A stretch of DNA of 64,000 nucleotides, from contig JAPMXV010000040.1 of NCBI GenBank assembly GCA_026936335.1, forward strand, positions 136,138-200,137. Reading direction: 5' to 3'. The position numbers and the translations under genes are program-made. This stretch comes from Mantamonas sphyraenae STR306. Taxonomy: Eukaryota; Protista; CRuMs. The notes below the pieces were generated by a model. The model did no database searches and was not told the DNA's origin. It was given only the letters and a program-made list of their open reading frames with translations. The stretch's first letter is position 1, and every line of letters starts with the position of its first letter. Below, in pieces: positions 54,439-63,784 of the stretch.

Positions 54439-55759
54439 ATGGGAGTGAGGACAGGACTAGGTCTGGGCCTTGGCATGCTGGTGCTGTTGTGTGTGGTGGT
54501 GGGCAGTGGGATGTGCGAGGTGCCGTTTGAGTGGTCGTCGCAGCCGTGGGGGCCAGAGGAGCACGGGACGCCGGAGTTGTTGTCGAATGGGCACGTGCGA
54601 GAGAGGGGAGAGAAGGATAAAGTGAAGCCTGGAACGGGTGTGTGGGATGAAAAGACGTTTGGGAACTATGTGACGATGGATAGCCGGGCGGAGGTGAGTG
54701 AGAAGAAGGGGGGGGCGGAAGGAAGGGCGAACGGGAGCTGACATGGAACGTGGGGCACAGCAGGGTGGAAAAGAGGCATTGTACAGGAGCAGGGTGGTGT
54801 CGAAGAAGGTTGGGTGGCGTTTGGCGCGTGGTAAACTGTTTGTGGTGGAGAATCCACGCGGGCATGTGAGCATGGTGGCGCCAAAGGGAGGGTGTGGGGA
54901 TGGGCGGGTGATGCAGACGGTGCGCAAGACGGCGAAAGAGGCCGGGTGCAGAGTGGCGGTGAACGCAGGATTCTTTCGACCAAAGACGGGGGAGTGCTTG
55001 GGGAATTTGGTGACGGGAGGCAAGAAGGTGCAGACGTCGGATGCGGTGAACGTGAACTTTGGGCTGAGCAAACGCGGAGAGTGGGTGGTTGGATATCTGA
55101 AGGAGCTGCAGGTGCAGCAAATGGCGCTGGAGACGGCTGTGTCGGGAGTGGTGTGGCTTGTGCGGAACGGAAAGAACTACGCGCACACGTCTGGGGCGCT
55201 GGAGAACGAGCACACACAAGAGACAGGGTACCCGCGGTTTGTGACGATTGTGGCACCGCGGACGGCAGTGGGGGTCGATGCAGAGGGGCGAATGATGATC
55301 CTTGCGGTGGACGGGTACGAAACATACCACGAAGGGATTGACCTTGTGGCGATGGCCGATTGGATGATCGAGCTCGGGGCAGTGCAGGCAGTGAATCTGG
55401 ACGGGGGTGGATCAACGACTGTGGTGGAGGACGGGAAGGTGGGGAATTTCCCGAGTGATCCGTGTGAGAGGAGTTTGGGGGCGGTTCCAGGGGAGTTGTG
55501 CGAGCGGAATGTGACGAGTGTGGTGTGTGTGCATGATATGGTGGGGGAGGAGGAGGATGGAGAGAAGGAGGATGGGGAGAAGGAGGGCGGGCCGAGGGTG
55601 GGTGTGGCGGCGCCTGTGCGGCAGCTGAATCCAGAGACGCAGCTGGTGACGTCGCTGGTGTCTGGGCTGGTGGGCGCAGTGGTCGGGGCAGCAGTGATGG
55701 GTGCAGTGTGGAGGAGACAGCGAGGGAGGGTGAGGTATTTCCGGTTACAGCGACTGTAA
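54439..55759 (+). CDS. NAGPA: N-acetylglucosamine-1-phosphodiester alpha-N-acetylglucosaminidase (uncovering enzyme); intron 54694-54760
   Basis: Signal peptide; CRVAVNAGFF..GECLGNLV, SGVVWLVRNG, APRTAVG, AVNLDGGGST, CERNVTSVVCVH; C-terminal TM and YFRL tail. Confidence 0.88.
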
Positions 55760-55760
55760 A

Positions 55761-58361
55761 TTAGAGGGCCTTGCCGCGCAGCTTGCGGACCACAGACTCG
55801 ACAGTGCGCTTCTTGAGCTTGGTGTCCTTCTTGCTGAAAGAAAACCCAGAGGCCTCTTTGTACTTGTCGAGGACGAGGACAAGCTTGCGGACGTCGAGGC
55901 GGGCGTACTTTGTGAGGCGGATCTCTTGGTCGAGGATTTCTTCAAAGTTGTCGGAGTGCATGAGGGCGGTGAATTGGGTGACCTCGGCAAAACACTCGCT
56001 GAGCATGGGCTGGTTCTGGTTGTTGGCAAACTCGAGGAGGACCTGGAGGTCTGTTTCGAGGTCTGTGACGGCGTTGAGGTTGAACTTTTTCACGTCGTCG
56101 GAGAGGAGGACGTCCATCATGCAGTCGGAGATGTGCTTGCAGGCGGAATAGTGCAGGCCCTTGTTGATGACCTGGGGCACGACCTCCATGCTGAAAAAGA
56201 TGTTTTGCAAGTAGGTGACAAGAGTCATGACGTAGTCGCGGGGCCCCTTGGCAGGAGAGGACGGAGTAAAATTGACGCTGTACAGGTCTTCAAAGAGCGA
56301 GTCGATCTTGAGGTCGACAAGCTGGAAGATGGTGTCCTCGGCGCGTGTGGCGGTGGTGATGATGGCGGAGCGGCAGGTGAGCTTCATGTGGACGAGGTTG
56401 TTGCGTTGGGCAGCAAAGTAGTCTTCGAAGGAGTCGCAGGCACGGGCGAGGTGGCTGGCATTGACGGAGATCTGCACGGCCTGAGAGATGCTGAGGTTGC
56501 TGTTGCGCTCGATGACGCTGGCAAGGCGCTGGTTTACCTGGCGGGCCACAAACTGGTCGGTGCCCTTTTGGATGTAGCTGTCCATCTCGTTGAGGTACTT
56601 GCTGAAGCGGAAAAGCTCCGTCATGAAATTCTGCACGGCATAGCAGCAGTAGGGGACGAGCTTGGAAAAGGGCATCGTGAGCGGGAAGGAGAGGTCAGAC
56701 GCGGACGGTGGGGAGGTGCTGGTGGGGGTTGTGGAGCTGGGATTGGAGGAGGATGAGGAGGAGGAGGAGGAGGAGGAGGTGGAGGATGAGGAGGAGGTGG
56801 AGGAGGAGGAGGCGGCGGCGGTCGGTTTGTACAGGTAGAAGGGTTGGATGAGCTCGCGGTAGGTGGCTGCATCCTGGACAACCATGGGCTCGTACTTTTC
56901 GTCGGCAAAGAGGACGTCGAGCTCGGAGGAGTACTTTTGGATGAGGAGCTCGTAGTAGCGGTCGCGCATGGACTCGAGAAAATCCATGAGGTGTGTGACG
57001 TCGTAGTTGCCGTTGCGCTGCATGACCTGAGCAAAGATGGCCATAAAGTCTTTGATCTCCAGAAAGGTGGACGGGACGGTCCAAAAGGCAATTTGCTCCT
57101 GGAGGACAGCCTTGATCTTTGCGACGGCAACGTCCCAGGACTGCTCGAGGTGGGAGCGGGAGATGAGGTTGTCGGTGCTGTTGAACACAGTGTCTTCGAC
57201 AATGTAAAAGCCGGCGACCTGGGCAAAGTAGTTGCGGTAGCCGCGGATGAAGGAGCCGCTGAGGGGCTGGAGGACAAGGGCAGCTTGGAGCTTGCGGTTC
57301 TCGATGTAGTAGGTGCGGAACTCGTCGGTGCGGCCGAGCATGTCAAAGATGCAGATGCAGCGGTAAACGATGGTAAAGTCGATGTTGAGGTGGTGGTAGA
57401 CGTCCTCGCCCGAGGCGCTGGCAACGGTGTTGAGGTTGGGTGTCTCGAGGGAGAGCTGGCTGGCAGACTTTGAGCGCATGGTGCTTACGCGGCGGCGCAG
57501 GGCGTCGCCACTGAGCTGTTCGCTCTCTTTGGCCTGGAGCTGGTTTGCGAGCTCGTCCATCATGTGCGTGCCGATGGCCGCGCTCTGTTGGCGGATGGTG
57601 ACCATCCACTCTTTGAACTCGGAGGTGACGGTTGCCTTGATCTCGTTGCGCATGATGGGGATGTTTTTGAGCATCTGCTTGACGAATTCGTAGTGCAGGA
57701 TGCGTTTCATGTACACACGCTCGAGTTGGTCGAGCGTTTTCAGCGCCTGGTGGTATTTGCCTTGCTTGGTGAGCTGTGTGCTGAGCACAAAGAAGTTGAG
57801 GACCTGTGCGCAGCGGGAGAGGACATCGATGGCGCGGTTGATGTTCTGCTGCACGAAACGGAGGCGGAGAAGCTCGTCGGCCTGGGAGGAAGAAAATTTT
57901 TTTGGCGGCGGAGAGGACGGCGCGGGACAGGGTGAGCAGGGGTGAGGGCGAGGAGGGACGGGTGGGGGGCGGGATGGGACGCGTACCTTTTCAAGCACCT
58001 CTGTGCCGCTTTGCTGGATCTCTTTGTTGAGCTCGTCCATGCGGCGTGCAAGAGTGGCGGCGTCCTCGCGGACGGACAAGAGCTCGTCGATGGAGGAGAT
58101 GAACTCCTTGTAGTGGTAGGAGCACCAGGCCTGGATGTCTGTCTGTTTGCTGTCCATGTAATGGTCGAGCTCGTTGAGAAACAGCTCCTCTTTTCCGGCC
58201 TCGAGGACGGCTTTGAGGGTAGGGCCGAGGTCGTCTGTGTCCGGGAGGGCGGCCAGGAGCGGATCGCTGCTGATTTGGCCGTCATCCTGGATGTCTGCGG
58301 TGCCCCGGGCTACAGCCGCCGCAGCCGCCGCATTGGCTATGGCAGAGAACTTTGGGGGCAT
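55761..58361 (-). CDS. EXOC6: Exocyst complex component Sec15 (1 in-frame intron ~57882-57986)
   Basis: WCSYHYKEFISSIDELL, YHQALKTLDQLE, IDFTIVYRCICIF, YFAQVAGFYIVED, MPFSKLVP. Confidence 0.94.
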   Translation of the reverse strand: MPPKFSAIANAAAAAAVARGTADIQDDGQISSDPLLAALPDTDDLGPTLKAVLEAGKEELFLNELDHYMDSKQTDIQAWCSYHYKEFISSIDELLSVREDAATLARRMDELNKEIQQSGTEVLEKVRVPSRPPPVPPRPHPCSPCPAPSSPPPKKFSSSQADELLRLRFVQQNINRAIDVLSRCAQVLNFFVLSTQLTKQGKYHQALKTLDQLERVYMKRILHYEFVKQMLKNIPIMRNEIKATVTSEFKEWMVTIRQQSAAIGTHMMDELANQLQAKESEQLSGDALRRRVSTMRSKSASQLSLETPNLNTVASASGEDVYHHLNIDFTIVYRCICIFDMLGRTDEFRTYYIENRKLQAALVLQPLSGSFIRGYRNYFAQVAGFYIVEDTVFNSTDNLISRSHLEQSWDVAVAKIKAVLQEQIAFWTVPSTFLEIKDFMAIFAQVMQRNGNYDVTHLMDFLESMRDRYYELLIQKYSSELDVLFADEKYEPMVVQDAATYRELIQPFYLYKPTAAASSSSTSSSSSTSSSSSSSSSSSNPSSTTPTSTSPPSASDLSFPLTMPFSKLVPYCCYAVQNFMTELFRFSKYLNEMDSYIQKGTDQFVARQVNQRLASVIERNSNLSISQAVQISVNASHLARACDSFEDYFAAQRNNLVHMKLTCRSAIITTATRAEDTIFQLVDLKIDSLFEDLYSVNFTPSSPAKGPRDYVMTLVTYLQNIFFSMEVVPQVINKGLHYSACKHISDCMMDVLLSDDVKKFNLNAVTDLETDLQVLLEFANNQNQPMLSECFAEVTQFTALMHSDNFEEILDQEIRLTKYARLDVRKLVLVLDKYKEASGFSFSKKDTKLKKRTVESVVRKLRGKAL

Positions 58362-58444
58362 GGAGAAGGGGCGGAGTAAGGTTGGTGGGGGTGGGGGGAT
58401 GGGGGTTTGTGAGTGTCGCGGTGGTGCGGCAAGAGAAACTGGAA

Positions 58445-59935
58445 ATGTTCACGAGAGCGTTGCGAGAGACACGGCAAGCAAGCAAAATGGTTGGAGGAGG
58501 TGGGCTGAAGCAGTGGCGGAGCGTGGTGGGCGGTGAAAAGGACGTGGAGGGAAAGTGGGCGGAGAGTTGCTTGGATGTGGAGAACAAGCACACGGGAGAG
58601 GTGATTGGGCGTGTGGATGTGGGTGGCAAGGGATTGGTGGATGAGGCGCTGCGACAGGCAGTTGGCGCGGAGGAGGCAATGAGAGCAACAGCGTCGTGGG
58701 AACGGCGAGAGATGTTGCTGGAGATTGCCGCAGGCGTGCGCAGGCAGCAGGAGGATTTTGCAGCGATGGTGGCCATGGAGAGTGGCAAGACGATCACGGA
58801 AGCGCGTGGAGAGGTGGACAGGGCGCTGGACACACTGGAGATCGGAGCGGAGGAGGCTGTGCGGCAAGAGGGGACATATGTTCGGTACGACATCCGAAAA
58901 AAGTACGACGGGTACCATGGGATTGTGAAACGTGTGCCGATTGGCACGTGTGGGTTGATCACGCCTTTCAACTTTCCGCTGAACTTGGTGGCGCACAAGG
59001 TGGCGCCGGCGATTGCGGCCGGCTGCCCGATGGTGCTGAAGCCGGCCCACAGGACGCCGATTACCGCGTACATGCTGGCCGATGTGGTCAACGAGGTGGG
59101 CTTGCCCAAGGGAGCGTTCTCATGCGTGAGTCTGGAGAACGAGGACACGGTGCGGCTGGTGGAAGATGAACGGCTGAAGCTGCTGAGTTTCACGGGATCG
59201 ACGATTGGATGGGAGTTGAAGCGGCGTGCACACCCGCGCTGCAAGGTGGTGTTGGAGCTGGGTGGATCTGCAGCGTGCGTGGTGGACGAAACGGTGAAGA
59301 ACGTGGGAGCAGTGGCCGCACGCGTGGCCCAAGGCGCGTTTGGTGTTTCGGGACAGTCGTGCATTTCGGTGCAACGGGTGTTTGTGCATGAGTCTGTGAT
59401 GGAGTCCTTCGAGGAGGCACTGCGACGGGAGGTGGAAGAAAACTGGAGCGGAGGCGGAGAGGCGATGGAAGAAGGAACGAAGCTTGGGCACATGATCTCG
59501 GGGGCAGACGCAGAGCGCGTGGCAGCCGCGGTGAAGGAGAGCGGCGGGCGTGTGGTTGCAGGAGGAGGATTCGTGGGCACGCGGCACAAGGCAACGGTGC
59601 TGGCAGAGGTGCCAGGAGACTCGGCGCTGCAGCAGAAGGAGATTTTTGGGCCAGTGTGCGTTTTGGAGTCGTTCAGTGACTTTAGGGCGTGTGTGGCGCG
59701 CGTGAACGAGACGGACTTTGGGTTGCAGGCGGGTGTGTTTACAGAAAGTTTGCAGCGAGCTTGGTATGCGTTTGATCACATTGTGGCAGGTGGAGTTGTG
59801 ATTGGGGATATCCCGACGATGAGGGTAGATTCGATGCCCTATGGTGGAGTGAAGGACAGCGGGGTAGGGCGGGAGGGACTTCAGTATGCGATTGAGGATA
59901 TGAGTGAGCTTCGGGTGATGTTGATGAAGAGTTGA
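58445..59935 (+). CDS. Aldehyde dehydrogenase (ALDH21/lactaldehyde-DH-like)
   Basis: ITPFNFPLNLVAHKVAPAIAAG, FTGS, LELGG, catalytic GQSCISVQR, EIFGP, MPYGGVKDSGVGREG. Confidence 0.93.
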   Translation: MFTRALRETRQASKMVGGGGLKQWRSVVGGEKDVEGKWAESCLDVENKHTGEVIGRVDVGGKGLVDEALRQAVGAEEAMRATASWERREMLLEIAAGVRRQQEDFAAMVAMESGKTITEARGEVDRALDTLEIGAEEAVRQEGTYVRYDIRKKYDGYHGIVKRVPIGTCGLITPFNFPLNLVAHKVAPAIAAGCPMVLKPAHRTPITAYMLADVVNEVGLPKGAFSCVSLENEDTVRLVEDERLKLLSFTGSTIGWELKRRAHPRCKVVLELGGSAACVVDETVKNVGAVAARVAQGAFGVSGQSCISVQRVFVHESVMESFEEALRREVEENWSGGGEAMEEGTKLGHMISGADAERVAAAVKESGGRVVAGGGFVGTRHKATVLAEVPGDSALQQKEIFGPVCVLESFSDFRACVARVNETDFGLQAGVFTESLQRAWYAFDHIVAGGVVIGDIPTMRVDSMPYGGVKDSGVGREGLQYAIEDMSELRVMLMKS

Positions 59936-59946
59936 TGAAAAAGGGT

Positions 59947-62900
59947 TCATTCGATGCGCTGGCGTTTGGAGGAGGAGGAGGAGGAGGAGGAGAAAGGGTC
60001 TTTGCGCTTGGGGAGGGTGAAGGAGGGGATGGGGTAGGTGTTGACGAGTGCGGGGGTGGTGGGACGGGTGGTGATGTGGGGTGTGATGCGGTCGATGAGG
60101 GTGTGGAGGAGGGTGTGCAGTGTGGCGTCGCTGGGTTGGGGGGTGTCGAGCCAGGCGATCTTGAGGGAGAGCGAGGTGACACCGCGGGTGAGGGTGTTGC
60201 TGATGGCAGGTTGCACCTTCCTGTAGGTGAGTCGTGGCCTGAGGAGGCGGACAAAGAAGGCCAGGTCGACAGGCGGCACGCTAATATTGCCCAGCGCCAG
60301 GATGATGTGTCGCAGCAGGGACTTCAGGTCGCCGTTGTTGATCAGCTCACGCAGTGCCTGGTGCTCGTGTGCGTGCTGATGGCGAGGGTGTTTAGCTGCA
60401 CATGTCTTCATGTGTGCCAGCAGCGTCTGGAACTCCCGCGCCGTGCAGCTGCCACGCTCGTCGCTGTTGGCTTTGCTCCAGCCACTGCGAACAGACTCAG
60501 GGTGCCACTTGTTCACATTGGTGGTGGTGAGGTGGTGGTCGTAGTCGCATTGTGTCCAGTGTGGGTCGCTGTCGTTGTCAGCAGGGCGTCGTGCTTTCTG
60601 CAGCCTCAGCTGGGTCTGCTTGTGCTCCTTCCATGTGGTGGGATGGGGCCTGTTGCCAAGTGTGTCCATCTCTGTCATGAGCAGGTGGAGGAGGGCGTAG
60701 TTGGGGTCGCCGTGGTCGTGTGGCTCCTCCAGCCAGCATACCTTCAACCCAGCCTTTGTCACACCCATCGCCAGACCAGCCTCGTCGATGGCTCTGCTGC
60801 ACGCTTTTTGATCCACATCATGGCCGAGAAGGGTGAGAAAGAAGGCCATGTCGCCCTGGGAAACGGGAATGTTGCCCAGAGCGAGCTGAATCTGTCGGAC
60901 CAGCGTCAACAGGGTGCCATGGCAGACCACAACACGCGCCTGCAGGGTCATGAGGTCGGGGATGTCGTCGATAGGATGCTCATTGGCCAGGGTGTGCATG
61001 TGGTTCAGCAGTGCCGTGTGCTCCTTCTTGTTGCTGTGGCTGCGCTCGTTCCTGCGCCAGTATGTCCAGCCACTGCGCACAACGCCATCTGGCAGTTCAT
61101 CCTCCACGACAGCCTCCTCCTCTGTTGGCTCGGGCAGAACAAGGTCGGGGATGTCGAGGGCATTGACGGCGTCGAACGTGGTGGGCCTGGTGGTGATGTG
61201 GGGTGTGATGCGGTCGATGAGGGTGTGGAGGAGGGTGTGCAGTGTGGCGTCGCTGGGTTGGGGGTTGTCGAGCCAGGCGATCTTGAGGGAGAGGGCGGTG
61301 ACGCCGCGAGTGAGGGTGTTGCTGATGGCAACTTGAACCTGCTTGTGGGTGAGGTGGGGCCTGAGGAGGCGGACAAAGAAGGCCAGGTCGACAGGCGGCA
61401 CGGCAATGTTGCCCAGCGCCAGGATGATGTGTCGCACCAGAGACAGCTTGCTACCGTTGTTGATCAGCTCACGCAGTGCATGGTTCTCATGTGCATGCTG
61501 ATGGCGAGGGTGCTTGGCTGCGCGTGCCTTCATGTGCGCCAGCAGCGTCTGCAACTCCCGCGCCGTGCAGCTGCCACGCTCGTCGCTGGGAGAGGCACTG
61601 CTCCAGCCACTGCGTACAGAGTCAGGATGCCACTTTCCCACCTTGGTGGTGGTGAGGTGGTGGTCGTAGTCACATTGTGTCCAATGTGGGTCGCTGTCGT
61701 TGTCAGCAGGGCGTCGTGCTTTCTGCAGCCACAATTGGGTCTGCTTGTGCTCCTTCCACGTGGTAGGATGAGGCCTGTCGCCGAGAGTGTCCATCTCTGC
61801 CATGAGCAGGTGGAGGAGGGCGTAAATGGGGTCGCCGTGATCGTGTGGCTCCTCCAGCCAGCACACCTTCAACCCGGACTTTGTCACACCCATGGCCAGA
61901 CCAGCGTGGGCAATGGAAATTCCGCACACCTGTTGATCCATGTCACGGCCGAGAAGAGTGAGAAAGAGGGCCATGTCGCCCTGGGAAACGGGAATGTTGC
62001 CCAGAGCGAGCTGAATCTGTCGGACCAGCGTGTTCGTGGTGCCATGGCAGACCGCAACACGCGCCTGCAGGATCATGAGGTCGGGGATGCCGTCGATGGG
62101 ATGCTGGTAGGCCATAGTGTGCATGTGGTTCAGCAGTGCCGTGTGCTCCTTCTTGTTGCTGTGGCTGCGCTCGTCACTGCGTCCCTTTGTCCACCCTTTG
62201 CCCAAAACGCTATCTGGCAACTTGGTCGTCTTGTCCACGCCTGCTTTCTTCCGTGCGCCGTTGTCTCCGTTCATGGCCCTCCTTGCCAGTGTGCTCGACG
62301 TTCCTGTCTCTGTGCCGCTGTCTGCCGTGACCCTGCGCCTGCGCTGTCCGCTGCCTTTCTTCTTTTGTGGACCAGTACGTCGGCTGTTAGGGACTCTACG
62401 TCGTCGTGCGCTGGCTCTGCTTGTGCGTTGCGGCTGCCGGCCGTCCGCGTCCTCCTGCTCTATGTCGTCTGTGTCATCGTCGTCGACTTCTTGCGGCATG
62501 TACTCCTCGTCCATGGCATCACCAGTGTCTGCAAACCTGAGTGCGCCCTGAGTTTCCAACTCGTCGTCCACGTGCTGCTGGGTTGCGTGGTTTGTCTCGC
62601 CGTCTTCATCGTACGCCTCCATCCCTAAGCTGGCCATCCACTCCGACTTGCTGGAGGTCGACCGTGGTTCACGGTGGCCAAAGTTCAGGAACATAAGGTC
62701 CTCCACGTCGCCGGTGTCATGTGTGTGTGTGTCTTGGTCTGCGTCGTCGTCGTCGCTGTCTTCAATCTGCCGTGTGGCCTGGTGGGAGGAAGACGACGAT
62801 GTGGTGGTGGATGTGGTCCGTGTGATGCCGACAAAGGCAGGACTGATGCGTTTGGGGACGCGGTTGTGGTTTGTGGTGGGTTGAGCAGGCGGAGGGTGCA

Positions 62901-63126
62901 ACGGAGGCTGAGCAAAGTGCATCTGGGCGGTTTGTCGCGGCTGTGGAGGCGGCGGAGGAGGGTAGGCGTAGTATGGGTGGCCCTGATGAGCATACGCGTG
63001 GTGCTGCTGGGGATGGGTGTTGACAGGGACCCACAGGATGGGTGGTTGTGGGTGCTGGTACGGGTTTTGTACGCCAGAGACGGGCAGCTTGTTCGGAAAC
63101 GGCTGGGCAGCCATGGGGGCGACCAT
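59947..63126 (-). CDS. Telomere-adjacent hypothetical protein with low-complexity N-terminus and internal tandem repeats
   Basis: Long open frame with a Pro/His/Gln-rich N-terminus, acidic and basic (NLS-like) segments, then two 375-aa repeats that preserve frame. Confidence 0.7.
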   Translation of the reverse strand: MVAPMAAQPFPNKLPVSGVQNPYQHPQPPILWVPVNTHPQQHHAYAHQGHPYYAYPPPPPPQPRQTAQMHFAQPPLHPPPAQPTTNHNRVPKRISPAFVGITRTTSTTTSSSSSHQATRQIEDSDDDDADQDTHTHDTGDVEDLMFLNFGHREPRSTSSKSEWMASLGMEAYDEDGETNHATQQHVDDELETQGALRFADTGDAMDEEYMPQEVDDDDTDDIEQEDADGRQPQRTSRASARRRRVPNSRRTGPQKKKGSGQRRRRVTADSGTETGTSSTLARRAMNGDNGARKKAGVDKTTKLPDSVLGKGWTKGRSDERSHSNKKEHTALLNHMHTMAYQHPIDGIPDLMILQARVAVCHGTTNTLVRQIQLALGNIPVSQGDMALFLTLLGRDMDQQVCGISIAHAGLAMGVTKSGLKVCWLEEPHDHGDPIYALLHLLMAEMDTLGDRPHPTTWKEHKQTQLWLQKARRPADNDSDPHWTQCDYDHHLTTTKVGKWHPDSVRSGWSSASPSDERGSCTARELQTLLAHMKARAAKHPRHQHAHENHALRELINNGSKLSLVRHIILALGNIAVPPVDLAFFVRLLRPHLTHKQVQVAISNTLTRGVTALSLKIAWLDNPQPSDATLHTLLHTLIDRITPHITTRPTTFDAVNALDIPDLVLPEPTEEEAVVEDELPDGVVRSGWTYWRRNERSHSNKKEHTALLNHMHTLANEHPIDDIPDLMTLQARVVVCHGTLLTLVRQIQLALGNIPVSQGDMAFFLTLLGHDVDQKACSRAIDEAGLAMGVTKAGLKVCWLEEPHDHGDPNYALLHLLMTEMDTLGNRPHPTTWKEHKQTQLRLQKARRPADNDSDPHWTQCDYDHHLTTTNVNKWHPESVRSGWSKANSDERGSCTAREFQTLLAHMKTCAAKHPRHQHAHEHQALRELINNGDLKSLLRHIILALGNISVPPVDLAFFVRLLRPRLTYRKVQPAISNTLTRGVTSLSLKIAWLDTPQPSDATLHTLLHTLIDRITPHITTRPTTPALVNTYPIPSFTLPKRKDPFSSSSSSSSKRQRIE
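60053..62220. repeat. Direct tandem duplication, period 1,125 bp
   Basis: Near-identical blocks offset by 1125 nt, e.g. gtggctgcgctcgt at 61036 and 62161. Confidence 0.92.
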
Positions 63127-63784
63127 GTACCCGTGGCTGTGTGGAGACGGGGAAGGGGAATGGCGGGGTGGTACCGGTGAGCGCAAGGCGGAAGGGACGC
63201 CGTCAGGGTAGAAGCGGGGGTGAAGGGAGGCTGGAACGAGCAAAGAGGGGAAAACGAAGGAGATTGGCAGACGGGGAAACTGGCAACGGGGAGGGCAGTG
63301 ACAGGGGAGAGGGGATTGGAGAAGAGCGGAGAAGGCAGTGGAGGTGGTGAAGGGGAAGTGAAGATGCAGGGGAGGAGTGCAGGGAAGCGACAGAGGCATG
63401 GAGGAGGTAAGGAAGATGGAGAAGCGGGCAGCCAGAAAACGGAGTGGAAGGCAGAACGCACGCTGGGTAGGTGTTGGGTGTGTGTTGTTGCTTGCGAGTG
63501 CTTGAGTAGTCCTTGTCCATGATGGTGGTGGTGGTACTGGAGTGTATGTGGATTGTGTTGGACTGGTGGAGGGAGTTGTGGGTGTTGGTGATATTTTGGT
63601 TGAAGGCGGATGGGCAGTGCTGACTGCGCGTCGTTGCAGGACGACGGCCACTACCCAACAACATTTCCACTCCTACCCAACGCCCACTGCCCCATATCAC
63701 CGCGCAATCAGTCACACCGCCAGCAAGCACAAGCACAACTCACCTGACATAGACCGGACCAACACAACAGTCTAACACCCAAAC

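Noticed and set aside
59932-62628. 898-aa + strand ORF over the subtelomeric repeat
   Set aside because: V/G-rich antisense mirror of the minus-strand ORF, which is longer and more protein-like; not fully excluded without stranded RNA data.
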